Positions 17,452 to 27,412 of a stretch of DNA of 32,000 nt are shown piece after piece (position 1 is the first letter of the stretch; the number at the start of each line of letters is the position of its first letter). The translations under genes were made by a program, and so were the position numbers. The notes beneath the pieces are model-generated. The model did no database searches. It had not been told where the DNA came from and worked only from the letters and a program-made list of their open reading frames with translations. Source of the stretch: an uncultured Clostridia bacterium (lineage in GTDB: Bacteria > Bacillota_I > Bacilli_A > RF39 > UBA660); NCBI GenBank assembly GCA_947643225.1, contig CANRVH010000006.1, positions 18,330 to 50,329 on the forward strand. Reading direction: 5' to 3'.

Positions 17452-20121
17452 TTATGGAGTGAATGACTGTCCATTTACTGTGCAAGTAGGATTTCCCACT
17501 GTCCCAGGAGTTTTATTATTTCCTTTTTGATACCAACAGATGGCATTCGATTTATTACCTGCTAGATCTTCTGCATAATATGCTCTCCAATATTCTGATC
17601 CGCTTCCAAAGTATTTCAAATCACAAAGTGTACCACCTTCGAATCGCCAACCACTATTACACCATCCCTGTGAAGGACTATTTACCAAAGCATAAGCATA
17701 TGTAGTACCTAATCCTGAGGTTGCATCCCAATAAGAAAAGTAGAAACTTGTACCAATATTATGAGGTTGATAATTTGGTTGATGTCCAACTGCTGCAATT
17801 GGTGGAGTGGCATCTTTTTTAAATGAAGTACTTTGACATTTCCCTTCATTACCAGCTTCATCCTTAACATAACCATAAAAATTGGCACTTTTTGTATCAT
17901 TACTATAAGTCAATGATCTTTTATCATTATAGTTTTTTCTATTTGTAGTAGTTAGTCCCTTTTCAATTACTCCTCCTCCCTGATCATTAACACTTAATGT
18001 TCCTACAACGTTTTTTCTATACCAACCATTCTTTCCTTGTGGATTGTTATTAGCATTTAGACTAATACTACACGTTGGTTTTTTCGTATCATGTTTAACC
18101 GAAATATCACTCTTACTACAAGTTCTACAGTTTCCGACTGTATCACAAATTATTTGTCTTAGTGTACCACTTTTCTTAGTTACACTATTAGTTCCTTTAT
18201 ATGTTTTAACATTGTATGTATTTTTTTCACATTGACTTCCCTTATCTTTACATTTTAACTTTACAGTAACATTATTTTTTGTCCAATCATTATTTCCTAT
18301 CCACTGAACACATGTTGGTGCTTCACTATCTTGATAAATATTAATACCATCATATTTACAATCAACTGTATTTCCTGCATTATCTTGCATCTTTACTGAT
18401 ACTGTTGCTGTTTCTATAGTACCATTACTAGGCCTTTTATTTGTTAAAGTAGCTGTATAATTTGCATTTTTACATCCACTTGGTGCACTACAAGGTACAG
18501 TAATTTTCACTTGCTTATTTGTCCATGAAGTGTTTTCTCCTTTTAGCTTATTCCTTGGAGGACAAACTGGTCCTGATTTATCAACTTTAAATGGTTCGCT
18601 TTCACAGTATCCAATATTTCCTGCAGCATCTTTAACATAGCCATAATATTTTATTTCTTTTTGAGTGTTTGCATTATATACTACCTTGGTACTAGATCCA
18701 TAGGATTGAGAGTTTTTATTGGTATTCAAACTATATGTTAATCCATTACTATTCACTTGTCCTTTACTATCCTGCCCTGTTATGGTAGCCGTAACATCAC
18801 TCTTATAATAATCATTATTCCCTTTTGTGCCACTTAATTTGATTGTACATGTAGGATTTGTTTTATCTATTTGCACTTTTATTTTTGAGCATTCTGCATA
18901 ATTACCAGCTTGATCGTATACTCTTCCCGCTGATAATTCTGTATTGTATTCTTTATTAATTAAATTTCCAAAATTTTTTTGATTATTGCAACCACTTTCT
19001 TTGTCTTCACATATTGGCAATAGCATGATATTCTGATTTGTCCAATTGCTATTATAGTCTTTTTCATTTATAGATTCATCGTCACTTTTATATGTTCCTT
19101 TAGTTTGACATATTGGAGGAGTATTGTCTTGATAATATTTAATTCCTTTGGTTTCACAACTATTTCCATTTTGATCATACATTTTTACTTTTATTGTATA
19201 TTTTCCCGTTTGTTTTTCATTATAACTAATTGTTTTCTTGCCTAAAGCATTTCTAATTATTTGTTTATAACCGCTTCCATCCTGATCAATAAAGGCATCA
19301 TAGGTATACCCAGCACCTGTTACTTCTATATTGATATCGATTGCTCCATTTGTCCATGTTCCTTCTGATAATTTTTGACTTCCTTTTGTCGCTGTTATTT
19401 TTACTGATTTATCACAATTTAATGTATATTCTAAGGTATATGGTCCTCCTGATCCATGTCCTTTTTTTCCTATGGAATTATAAGCATATCCTTCAATATA
19501 AAATGTTCCTTTTTTATTTAATTTTATGGTAATTTTTTCTTTTTTATATTCTCTAAAATCAACTTTTTTGATCAAAATTTTTTTCTTATCTTTTGTTTCT
19601 TCATATACATTATAAGCATAACTTACTATTTCATTTTTTTTATCTGTTATCTTCATTTCTACTGTAATATCTTTATCTTTTACTTTTCCACTACTTGGAT
19701 TGAAAGTAATTTCTGGTGTCGATTGATTTTCTTTTTTTGTGTTATCTGTAGCACATTTTCCACAATCTAAGTACCCTGCATAATAATAGTTACTTCCTGT
19801 TACCTTAGTTGCACAAACCTTACTATTTGTTGGGTTACACAAAGCTCCTTGGTAATCTTTCATTTGTTCTATATATTTACTATTTGTTAATGTAGATAAA
19901 TCAACGCAAGTTTCTGCTCCTATTTCGAGTGGTAGTAATGTTGTTCGATCATGGAAATAATCTCTTCCAGCTACAATCATCATATCTACTTGTGATGCAC
20001 AATAATCTTCATGACTTTTATTTAATGATCCTCCTACCCCTGCTACTACTGTTCCTGATAATACTCCAATAATTGTAATTACTGCAATTACTTCTATTAA
20101 CGTGAATCCTTTTTTATTCAT
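17452..20121 (-). CDS. giant modular type IV pilin/pseudopilin-like protein: prepilin N-terminus plus tandem Cys-containing Ig-like modules
   Basis: The N-terminus MNKKG/FTLIEVIAVITIIGVL is a class III (prepilin peptidase) signal with Glu at +5. The body contains at least 7 repeats of a module ending D-x-A/N-G-N...C...D...P-x-C (YDQNGNSCE..DNTPPIC; YDQAGNYAEC..DKTNPTC; KDAAGNIGYCE..DKSGPVC; QDNAGNTVDC..DSEAPTC; CDTVGNCRTC..DTKKPTC; KDEAGNEGKCQ..DATPPIA; EDLAGNKSNAIC). GGTGA Shine-Dalgarno upstream. Confidence 0.75.
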   Translation of the reverse strand: MNKKGFTLIEVIAVITIIGVLSGTVVAGVGGSLNKSHEDYCASQVDMMIVAGRDYFHDRTTLLPLEIGAETCVDLSTLTNSKYIEQMKDYQGALCNPTNSKVCATKVTGSNYYYAGYLDCGKCATDNTKKENQSTPEITFNPSSGKVKDKDITVEMKITDKKNEIVSYAYNVYEETKDKKKILIKKVDFREYKKEKITIKLNKKGTFYIEGYAYNSIGKKGHGSGGPYTLEYTLNCDKSVKITATKGSQKLSEGTWTNGAIDINIEVTGAGYTYDAFIDQDGSGYKQIIRNALGKKTISYNEKQTGKYTIKVKMYDQNGNSCETKGIKYYQDNTPPICQTKGTYKSDDESINEKDYNSNWTNQNIMLLPICEDKESGCNNQKNFGNLINKEYNTELSAGRVYDQAGNYAECSKIKVQIDKTNPTCTIKLSGTKGNNDYYKSDVTATITGQDSKGQVNSNGLTYSLNTNKNSQSYGSSTKVVYNANTQKEIKYYGYVKDAAGNIGYCESEPFKVDKSGPVCPPRNKLKGENTSWTNKQVKITVPCSAPSGCKNANYTATLTNKRPSNGTIETATVSVKMQDNAGNTVDCKYDGINIYQDSEAPTCVQWIGNNDWTKNNVTVKLKCKDKGSQCEKNTYNVKTYKGTNSVTKKSGTLRQIICDTVGNCRTCSKSDISVKHDTKKPTCSISLNANNNPQGKNGWYRKNVVGTLSVNDQGGGVIEKGLTTTNRKNYNDKRSLTYSNDTKSANFYGYVKDEAGNEGKCQSTSFKKDATPPIAAVGHQPNYQPHNIGTSFYFSYWDATSGLGTTYAYALVNSPSQGWCNSGWRFEGGTLCDLKYFGSGSEYWRAYYAEDLAGNKSNAICWYQKGNNKTPGTVGNPTCTVNGQSFTP

Positions 20122-20183
20122 TTTTTCACCTACTAACTTTTCCCATTTTTATATTTCTTGCATTACTGTATCAATTTCTATCT

Positions 20184-21251
20184 TTAAAATAATCTTAAAA
20201 TATCATTTACTGTAATCAATAGCATTAGAAGTAAAAGTAAGTATAAACCTATAGTGTGAATTTTATTTTCAAGTTCTGGTTTTACTGGACTTCCTTTTAT
20301 CTTTTCAATGATAATGAATAAAATATGACCTCCATCAAAGGCAGGAAGTGGAATTAAGTTTAGGAATCCGACATTAATGCTTAAATATGCAATTAAATAT
20401 AAAATGCTAGAAAAACCACTTTTAGCTTGTTGGCCAACTATAGTATAAATTCCCACTGGTCCACTTAATTGATTTACACCAATACGTCCTGTAAATAAAT
20501 ATCCTACAGTTACAAACATCTGTCTAAATAAAGATCCTGTTTTAGTAACCATATATTCAAAAGCTTTCCCAATACCATACTCTTTTTTTGTCTTTAATCC
20601 TATTCCGTATTGATAACTAGTTGTTTCTTTTCCATTTTGTTTTATTATAACTTTTTTTGGTTTTACTTGGTAAGTTTTGCTTGTTTTATTCTCTTTTATT
20701 ACTTTAATTTTTGTTTTCTTATCATGTGGTGCTACAGTTAGATATAGACTAACATCGTCCATTGTTTTTATTTTATGATCATTTATTTCTGTAATGATAT
20801 CTCCTTTTTGTAAACCTATATTGTCAGCAGGATAATTTTTTACAATACTTGAAATCTTAGGAGTACTACTGGGAGCTCCCCATATTAAGGCTACCGAAAA
20901 TAAAATAATTAGGGCAAGTAGAAAATTAAAGCCTGGGCCCATGGCCATAATTAGGAATCTTTGCCATGGTTTTTTGGCTTGCAGTTTGCGATCAGCTGGA
21001 ATTTCTTTATCATCATTTTCTACGTCTTCTCCTGCTAAAGAACAAAAGCCACCAACAGGAATTACTCTAATTGAATACTCTGTTTCACTCTTTTTTGGTT
21101 TTATTCCAAAGATTTTTGGTCCCATTCCAATTGAAAATTCATAAACATAAACACCTGTTAATTTCGCAAACAAAAAATGACCAAATTCATGAATTAAAAC
21201 AATAACCCCTAGAATCAATATAAATAATATTAAATTTATTACTATACTCAT
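20184..21251 (-). CDS. rseP: RIP site-2 metalloprotease RseP/RasP (M50 family with PDZ domain)
   Basis: HEFGHF zinc motif in TM1, a central PDZ-like segment (GLQKGDIITEINDHKI), and the C-terminal NLIPLPAFDGG motif. Confidence 0.9.
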   Translation of the reverse strand: MSIVINLILFILILGVIVLIHEFGHFLFAKLTGVYVYEFSIGMGPKIFGIKPKKSETEYSIRVIPVGGFCSLAGEDVENDDKEIPADRKLQAKKPWQRFLIMAMGPGFNFLLALIILFSVALIWGAPSSTPKISSIVKNYPADNIGLQKGDIITEINDHKIKTMDDVSLYLTVAPHDKKTKIKVIKENKTSKTYQVKPKKVIIKQNGKETTSYQYGIGLKTKKEYGIGKAFEYMVTKTGSLFRQMFVTVGYLFTGRIGVNQLSGPVGIYTIVGQQAKSGFSSILYLIAYLSINVGFLNLIPLPAFDGGHILFIIIEKIKGSPVKPELENKIHTIGLYLLLLLMLLITVNDILRLF

Positions 21252-21263
21252 AATTTCTCCTCC

Positions 21264-22076
21264 TTATATCATTCCCATTACTAAGATAAATGCTAAAACA
21301 ATAAAGATTAGACTATCGAATCGGTCTAGTATTCCACCATGACCAGGAATAAAATTAGAAAAATCTTTTTTATTATAGTATCTTTTAATCATAGAAAAGA
21401 CTAAATCTCCAAGTTGTCCTACTATAGAAAACATTGTCGTAATTAATATTAATATCACTAAAGAATATTGATGATTCATAAATACATGATAAAAACTACT
21501 AGCAACAAAAACTCCCATAGCCGTTCCTACAATTGTTCCCTCTATGGTTTTCCCTGGGCTAATTTTAGGGCATAATTTTCTTTTCCCAATTAATTGTCCA
21601 GTTATAAAGGCAAAGGTATCTGTGATCGTAGATACTAACAATAAATAAATAAAGTAATTCAAATCATAGTTACGAATAATTGTCATTAAGTTAAAACTAA
21701 ATCCTAATAACAAAGTACTTCCTACTAAGTACAAGGCGTCACTAATATTGTATGTTTTATTATCACCTATTAATACTATAGGGATAATGAAGATAAAAAT
21801 AATTAGCGAAATCATCTTATAGTCCATTGTATAATGAAAGTCTATCCTATCAATGTTATTTAATGTGATAAAAACTAATAAAATATAGGCAAATATTTTC
21901 ATTATGAGAGGAATACTTTTTTCTGATTCTTTAATTTTTAATAATTCATACATACCTAATAAAGCTAATAATGCCATTAATCCTGCAAAAATTTTTTCTC
22001 CAGTAATTAATAGGGGTACAAATATTATCATCATGATAATTGCACTGAATACTCTTTTTTTCATTTTCTCCTCCAT
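21264..22076 (-). CDS. cdsA: phosphatidate cytidylyltransferase
   Basis: 270-aa polytopic protein with the CdsA C-terminal signature SxxKRxxxxKDxxxxIPGHGGxxDRxD (SMIKRYYNKKDFSNFIPGHGGILDRFD). The start could instead be the Met four codons downstream. Confidence 0.88.
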   Translation of the reverse strand: MEEKMKKRVFSAIIMMIIFVPLLITGEKIFAGLMALLALLGMYELLKIKESEKSIPLIMKIFAYILLVFITLNNIDRIDFHYTMDYKMISLIIFIFIIPIVLIGDNKTYNISDALYLVGSTLLLGFSFNLMTIIRNYDLNYFIYLLLVSTITDTFAFITGQLIGKRKLCPKISPGKTIEGTIVGTAMGVFVASSFYHVFMNHQYSLVILILITTMFSIVGQLGDLVFSMIKRYYNKKDFSNFIPGHGGILDRFDSLIFIVLAFILVMGMI

Positions 22077-22209
22077 CTTATCTAAAATTAATTATATACT
22101 AAACCATATATTTGTACAAGTGAAAGGTTAAAATATATTTACTGTCAAAATTTATTTTTTCTTATTTTCAATTTTTTTAGAAAAAGATATAATTATTTTG
22201 AGGTGTTAT

Positions 22210-23118
22210 ATGAAAAGATTAGAAAAATGTCAAATTTGTCCTAGGGATTGTCTAGTTAATCGATCAAATGGTGAGATTGGATTATGTGGTGTTGATGATC
22301 AAGTAAAAGTTGCAAGAATTGCTCTTCATTATGGTGAGGAACCTCCTATTTCGGGAAAGAATGGTTCAGGTGCTATTTTCTTTTCTGGTTGTAATTTAAA
22401 GTGTATTTTTTGTCAAAATTACTCTATATCCTCTAAAAATTTTGGAAAAAATATAACAATTCAACAATTGGCAGATCAAATGATCAGATTGCAAAAAGAA
22501 CAAGCACATAATATCAATTTGGTTACCCCAACTCATTATATTCCTCAAATCATAGAGGCAATTAAGATGGCAAAGAAAAAAGGATTAAAAATTCCTATTA
22601 TTTATAACTCTAGTGGATATGAAAAAATTGAAAGTTTAAAATTATTGAGTGGACTTATTGATATTTATTTACCTGATTTAAAATATTATGATGATTTACT
22701 AGCCATGAAATATTCTAAGGCTCCTAATTATTTTGAAATTGCTACTCAAGCGATTCAAGAAATGTATAGGCAAGTTGGTTTTCCTCAATTTGATCAAGAG
22801 GGAATTTTAAAGAAGGGGATTATTGTTAGGCATTTGCTTTTACCAGAGTGTTTAGAAGACTCTAAAAAAATTATTCATTATCTTTATCAGACATATCAAG
22901 ATAAAATTTTTATTAGTGTAATGAATCAATATACTCCTTTGGAACAGGTTAAGAAAATAAAAGAATTAAATCATAAGGTGAAAAAGAAAGATTATGATTG
23001 TTTGATTCATTATGCTTATGATTTAAATATTCAAAATGCCTTTATTCAAGATATTTCCTCAGCAAATAAGGATTTTATTCCCAAATTTGATTTAACAGGG
23101 ATAAATAAAAAGTTCTGA
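22210..23118 (+). CDS. radical SAM protein, PflA/PflX-like activase family
   Basis: CNLKCIFCQNY radical-SAM triad preceded by an N-terminal Cys cluster (CQICPRDC...C). The TTG at 22198 in the ORF track is part of a GAGGTG Shine-Dalgarno (22199-22204) serving the ATG at 22210. Confidence 0.78.
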   Translation: MKRLEKCQICPRDCLVNRSNGEIGLCGVDDQVKVARIALHYGEEPPISGKNGSGAIFFSGCNLKCIFCQNYSISSKNFGKNITIQQLADQMIRLQKEQAHNINLVTPTHYIPQIIEAIKMAKKKGLKIPIIYNSSGYEKIESLKLLSGLIDIYLPDLKYYDDLLAMKYSKAPNYFEIATQAIQEMYRQVGFPQFDQEGILKKGIIVRHLLLPECLEDSKKIIHYLYQTYQDKIFISVMNQYTPLEQVKKIKELNHKVKKKDYDCLIHYAYDLNIQNAFIQDISSANKDFIPKFDLTGINKKF

Positions 23119-23132
23119 AAAATTTCAGAACT
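23111..23132. terminator. bidirectional hairpin terminator between convergent genes
   Basis: agttctgaaa (23111-23120) / tttcagaact (23123-23132), a perfect 10-nt inverted repeat. It is flanked by A-run and T-run sequence and overlaps both stop codons. Confidence 0.55.
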
Positions 23133-23370
23133 TTTCTATTTCTATCTTAACATATTTATTATCTCTTAAAGTGCTTGCTTCCTGAATTATAGTACGAATC
23201 GCTTGGATTACTCTGCCATCTTTTCCAATTACTTTTTTCATTTCTTTTTCGTTTATTTTTATTTCGATTTGAATTGTATGATCATCTATTATTTTTTCTT
23301 CTACTGAAATATTATCGACATCTTCTACTAGAGACTGAATAATAAATTCTGTTAATTCCTTTAAACTCAT
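23125..23370 (-). CDS. khpA: KH-domain RNA-binding protein (YlqC/KhpA family)
   Basis: 81 aa with the GKDGRVIQAIRTI GxxG KH motif. Immediately downstream of rpsP, as in most Bacillota. Confidence 0.85.
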   Translation of the reverse strand: MSLKELTEFIIQSLVEDVDNISVEEKIIDDHTIQIEIKINEKEMKKVIGKDGRVIQAIRTIIQEASTLRDNKYVKIEIEKF

Positions 23371-23372
23371 TT

Positions 23373-23648
23373 TTATTTTCCTTTTTTATTTTTTTCATCG
23401 GCAAATTTTTTCATAATTCCAGCTTTGCTAAATAAACTTCTAACTGTGTCTGTAGGTATTGCCCCTGTTCTTAACCATTTTAATGCTACTTCTTCATTAA
23501 TTTTTGTTTCTGTAGCATCACATGGATAATAATTTCCAATTAGTTCTAGATATTCTCCATCACGTCTAGCACGTGAATCTGTTGCAACAATTCTATAAAT
23601 TGGATGTCTTTTTGCACCCATTCTTGTTAATCTAATTTTAACTGCCAT
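23373..23648 (-). CDS. rpsP: 30S ribosomal protein S16
   Basis: [31 protein letters not shown]... is canonical S16. GGAGGAAAAAG Shine-Dalgarno upstream. Confidence 0.95.
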   Translation of the reverse strand: MAVKIRLTRMGAKRHPIYRIVATDSRARRDGEYLELIGNYYPCDATETKINEEVALKWLRTGAIPTDTVRSLFSKAGIMKKFADEKNKKGK

Positions 23649-23678
23649 ACTTTTTCCTCCATTTCATTTACTTAGTTG

Positions 23679-23707
23679 ATTGTACCATGTTTATAATATG
23701 CTGTCAA
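23679..23707 (-). promoter_or_regulatory. sigmaA-type promoter of rpsP-khpA
   Basis: The minus strand reads TTGACA (23707-23702), a 17-nt spacer, then TACAAT (23684-23679), about 30 nt upstream of the rpsP ATG. The -35 is embedded in an 8-bp inverted repeat tgtcaaca/tgttgaca (23702-23723). Confidence 0.6.
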
Positions 23708-23737
23708 CATTTTTTTGTTGACATGTTTTGATTCTAT

Positions 23738-24970
23738 TTATCTTCTGCTCATATAATTCTCTTCCATATTTTGATTATGATATAAGTATAATTTCTGTAA
23801 ACTGTTTTGGTCAATATAAATTACTTTTCCCCCTGGAGGATTAATTTTTATATTGCCAAATACAATCCAAATAATATCTAACTTTTTCTTTGGCATATTT
23901 GATTTTCCATCGGTAAAAATAATTTTATTTTCCACCCTTCTAGTAAAAGAAGATACTGCAACGTTGAAATCCGTTCCCCCTCCACCGATAAAATTCATCT
24001 TATCTATATCTTTTTCGTTTCTTATTTCTGTAAACCCATAAAATTCATCGTCAAAACAACCAACTTTAATTTTTGAATTTGGCAATATATTTTTACATTC
24101 TCCTAAGAAATTTCTTAATAATGTTTTCGATATTGAACCACTAGTATCAAGAAGTATTTCAGTCTCAGGTGTTGGAAATTCTTCCAGATATGGATTTAAA
24201 ACCCCATTTTCTATTGAAGCATTTCGATAGGAAAAATCAATATTATATTGAGTGGTTTCCTTTAATAATCTTCTCCAATCAATTAATTGTTTTGACGTAA
24301 CTATATTTGTTATTCTTATTTGTTGTTTTTCTGCTCCATAGGATTTTCTTGCTAATTCTTCCATTAATTCATTTGCTTTTCTTTTTTTTTCGATCTTATT
24401 TTGTTTAAATGTATCTATTTCCCCCATTTCTGTTAATTTTTGAATTGTATCTTCTTTCCAGTTAGTAGATTGTGATTGATCCTTATTTAAAGTTTCTTCA
24501 CTTTGTTTATTTTTTCTTTCTACTACTTTATCCCATAGACTATGATCATCTTGCCCTTGTCTATTATTTTTTGGTTGTTCTATTTCTTTATTTAATAATT
24601 TTTCATACATTTCTTCTGCTGTATAATTAATTGCTATGGGAATATCAATAACTCCTTTTATTAATTTTAATCCATCATTTTTTAAAAGGGCATTAATTAC
24701 TGAGTCTGTTGCAATATTCCAAAGCTCTTGATTTTTTCCTTCACTTCTTAAAATATGATTAAACGCAATATGGCAAATTTCATGTACAAAGGTAAAAACT
24801 TGTTCCTCATCGTCTAATTTGCTTAGAAAATTTTTATTATAATATATGTTGTCTCCATCTGTACTTGCCGTTTTGGTATTGTTATCTTCTATTATGTTAG
24901 TTGAGGCTACTATGCTTCCAAAAAGGGGATATTTAATTAATAATTTTCTTTTTATTGTTTCAATATTCAT
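23738..24970 (-). CDS. putative zinc metallopeptidase-vWA protein (DUF2201/COG3864 type, MoxR partner)
   Basis: The N-terminal domain carries HExxH (FVHEICHIAFNH) and ATDSVIN. The C-terminal domain has the vWA MIDAS motif DxSxS (LLDTSGSIS) and GGGGTDF. The ATG lies 1 nt after the stop of the preceding small ORF. Confidence 0.8.
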   Translation of the reverse strand: MNIETIKRKLLIKYPLFGSIVASTNIIEDNNTKTASTDGDNIYYNKNFLSKLDDEEQVFTFVHEICHIAFNHILRSEGKNQELWNIATDSVINALLKNDGLKLIKGVIDIPIAINYTAEEMYEKLLNKEIEQPKNNRQGQDDHSLWDKVVERKNKQSEETLNKDQSQSTNWKEDTIQKLTEMGEIDTFKQNKIEKKRKANELMEELARKSYGAEKQQIRITNIVTSKQLIDWRRLLKETTQYNIDFSYRNASIENGVLNPYLEEFPTPETEILLDTSGSISKTLLRNFLGECKNILPNSKIKVGCFDDEFYGFTEIRNEKDIDKMNFIGGGGTDFNVAVSSFTRRVENKIIFTDGKSNMPKKKLDIIWIVFGNIKINPPGGKVIYIDQNSLQKLYLYHNQNMEENYMSRR

Positions 24971-24971
24971 G

Positions 24972-25382
24972 CTATTTTCTTTCTATATGAGCAACTAGCG
25001 AATATATTTCTTCAGTAATGTTTTTTTCCTTTAAATTAGAGCATGTTACAATAATTATACAATTTTCTGGTAAGTGAAATGTACTTATTTTTTTATATTT
25101 TAAGATTTCAATAAATTTTTTTTGTTCTGTTTCATCGATTTTATTTATATCTTTAATTACTAAGATTGGTATTCGATTTTTACTTTTTTGTTGTAATTCT
25201 TCGTACCACTTGGGAGCCTTAAAGTCTATTCCTTCATAATGACCATTAAGATACGAATCATCGCAATCTGAAGATATTACTACCTCATCTTTTATTAATT
25301 CAGTTGGAGTATTTTCAAGTAATATGGGAGAGACGTTTATCTTTATATATTCATTTAATATTTCTAATTGTTCTTTTATCAT
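24972..25382 (-). CDS. small hypothetical protein, translationally coupled between the AAA+ gene and the vWA gene
   Basis: I prefer the ATG at 25380-25382 (MIKEQLEILNEY...), which forms an ATGA overlap with the TGA stop of the upstream gene. AAGGAGG lies 9 nt upstream. The longer ORF-track start at 25463 would overlap the AAA+ gene by 85 nt. No family recognised. Confidence 0.6.
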   Translation of the reverse strand: MIKEQLEILNEYIKINVSPILLENTPTELIKDEVVISSDCDDSYLNGHYEGIDFKAPKWYEELQQKSKNRIPILVIKDINKIDETEQKKFIEILKYKKISTFHLPENCIIIVTCSNLKEKNITEEIYSLVAHIERK

Positions 25383-27412
25383 ACTCTCATTCCTCCTTGT
25401 TGTTTTTCTTCCATAATCAGTTCTGCTAATTTTTCTAATCTTTCTTCGTCTTGGTGAGCCCAAATACTTTCAAAAGTAGCACAAGGTTCTGCACCTAGTT
25501 TCTTTACAAAACTTCTAACTACTATTAAATTTTGGTCATCAACAGAGGATAATCCAACTGCAGTGGCGAATTTTTCTGCTATATTCATTCTTCTTATTTC
25601 TTCTTCACTATATTCTCCATTTAGCACATCTTCTATTGTAATTACCTTTTGTTTTACAAAGGCAACAAAATCTCTTGTTAATTCTTCACCAATCAAGGCT
25701 CTTAACATTTCTGGTTTTTTTGTTTGATATAAAACTTTAGAAGCCATTTCCCACTTTCTTGGATCAGCATTGGGTTTTTCTCCGTTAAAAGGAGTTCTTA
25801 ACACGTCTTCTCCTGTGTAAGATCTATATGCAATGTAAGCATAAATCGATGGGTGAATTGTTAACATCACTTCTGGAGTAGTATATTTTAATCTTTCATA
25901 TTGACCTTTTGGTGTTGTAGCCCATTTTAACCAATTATCTACTGTTGTATTAATATAAACATGAGCAAATCGATTAAATAGGGGCTCTGCCATTGTGTTT
26001 GCTGCTAAACTATCATTTAGGTCATTTCCTGCTGCAACTATTCTTGCGTTTTCTGGTAATTTCCAAATACCATTTACTTCTTTATCTAAAACAATATTAA
26101 ATGCCATTCCTTGAATTGATGGGAGTGCATTAGTTATTTCGTCAAAAAAGACAATATGAATTTTATCAGGTTCTTCTTCACATTTTTTCTGTACTTTTTG
26201 TAACCAAGTAGGTGGAATATCTAACATATGACCAGGTTTTACTTCAACACTTTCATAAGTATATTCTATAACTTCTTTTTTTGTTTGGGTTTCCTGGTCT
26301 ATTTCTAATTTTATGTGTGGTACTTTTCTTTGTTCATATATTGGTTGTACATAAACACTTTTACCATTTAAACTATCTGGAGTAGCATTTCTTAGATAAA
26401 TGATTTCACAATCTGGGTCATATTGTTTTACTCTAGCACTTTTTCCTTCACTGCTTCTTCCATGCAAAAGAACTGGAATATCACTTACTAGTGCTCCTCT
26501 TATAATTTCTTCTTCTGATACAAAATTAAAGTTAAATTGATAAGGATTTTGTTTTCTTTTTATTAACCTTTGTTCTTCTAAAGTAATTTCTTCTTTGGTT
26601 TGAGAATAGGTTAATCCTTCTTCAATTTCTTTTGCAAAAGGACCATTCATAAATTGATGCATATCTGTTTTTGAAAAGTCGCCTTTATAATCCCTTTTAT
26701 TTTTAAATTGCACTCCTGAAAATAATAATTTTTTCGAAATTGCTATATCTTTTTTTTCATCTATTATCCATTTTATTGGTTCTACTTTAATCCAAATAAC
26801 ATCATTTTCTTTTATTATCTTATTATTAGATAGTTTCTTTGATACACAATTTTTATCTGCTATTATACGAATATATTTTTTTCCATTATATTGATATTCT
26901 AAATGTTCTCTTTTTTGAAATGTTTTATCATATGCATCAATCTCTCTTGAATCTGTTGTGTAACTTTTTCCTGTCAATTCTAAACTGTTTTCTCTATATT
27001 TTCTTTCTAATTGTTCTGCTATAACATCATGTTCAACTGTTTGTGGGTATTCCCCGTATTCTATCTCTAACTCTCTTTTTTTCCCTCTCACTCCGTTCGA
27101 GGAGAAGGAAGAGATTGATGAGAACGTTAAAGCTGGGCGAGCACCTCCAAAACGGCTTAGAACAATGCTGCTATCACTACCACCATTCCAGCCCACAACG
27201 CGGGCGTCATTATCACCATCATCAGTTTTTGTCCACCAATATCCTGTACGATCCTTTAAATCGTTACTGTCTTCCAAATAACAGTCTGAGACATATGCTC
27301 CTAATACAATTGCAAAGTCAGTAAGAGCAGCACGTGTACCTATTTTTTTAAATATTTCTAATTGATTTTGACCAAAGATTTGATCCTCGGCTAAAAACGT
27401 AAAGTTATTCAT
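25379..27412 (-). CDS. DGR target protein: N-terminal variable lectin-like module fused to a MoxR-type AAA+ ATPase
   Basis: The N-terminus has GYWWTKTDDGDNDARVVGWNGGSDSSIVLSRFGGARPAL (the YWW...G.RPAL module of Firmicute lectin-like domains), and this stretch contains the VR. The central and C-terminal parts carry Walker A LLHGRSSEGKSA, Walker B IHIVFFDEITNA, then LPSIQGMAFNIVLDKEV, RIVAAGND and EPLFNRFAHV, which fit the MoxR/AAA_5 pattern. No signal peptide or TM helix seen. The ATG at 27410-27412 has AGGTGA 5 nt upstream. The ORF track uses the GTG at 27421. Confidence 0.8.
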   Translation of the reverse strand: MNNFTFLAEDQIFGQNQLEIFKKIGTRAALTDFAIVLGAYVSDCYLEDSNDLKDRTGYWWTKTDDGDNDARVVGWNGGSDSSIVLSRFGGARPALTFSSISSFSSNGVRGKKRELEIEYGEYPQTVEHDVIAEQLERKYRENSLELTGKSYTTDSREIDAYDKTFQKREHLEYQYNGKKYIRIIADKNCVSKKLSNNKIIKENDVIWIKVEPIKWIIDEKKDIAISKKLLFSGVQFKNKRDYKGDFSKTDMHQFMNGPFAKEIEEGLTYSQTKEEITLEEQRLIKRKQNPYQFNFNFVSEEEIIRGALVSDIPVLLHGRSSEGKSARVKQYDPDCEIIYLRNATPDSLNGKSVYVQPIYEQRKVPHIKLEIDQETQTKKEVIEYTYESVEVKPGHMLDIPPTWLQKVQKKCEEEPDKIHIVFFDEITNALPSIQGMAFNIVLDKEVNGIWKLPENARIVAAGNDLNDSLAANTMAEPLFNRFAHVYINTTVDNWLKWATTPKGQYERLKYTTPEVMLTIHPSIYAYIAYRSYTGEDVLRTPFNGEKPNADPRKWEMASKVLYQTKKPEMLRALIGEELTRDFVAFVKQKVITIEDVLNGEYSEEEIRRMNIAEKFATAVGLSSVDDQNLIVVRSFVKKLGAEPCATFESIWAHQDEERLEKLAELIMEEKQQGGMRV
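27133..27206 (-). repeat. DGR variable repeat (VR), inside the target gene (ORF-track codons 72-97)
   Basis: 62/74 identical to 28742-28815. There are 12 mismatches, 11 of them where the TR has A on the minus strand. See finding 1. Confidence 0.88.

Noticed and set aside
27085-27115. Hairpin downstream of the VR as the canonical DGR target-side cruciform
   Set aside because: Only a 4-bp perfect core (CTCC/GGAG) with wobble-rich, bulged extensions, located about 25 nt from the VR end. Noted under the spacer-structure finding, but too weak to annotate as a feature.
27043-27324. 93-aa plus-strand ORF rich in Arg/His (MGIPRILS...RRRKRLMRT...HYHHHQ) overlapping the VR
   Set aside because: It lies antisense within the well-supported AAA+ target gene and has no Shine-Dalgarno. 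Its odd composition is simply the complement of the GC-rich VR region.
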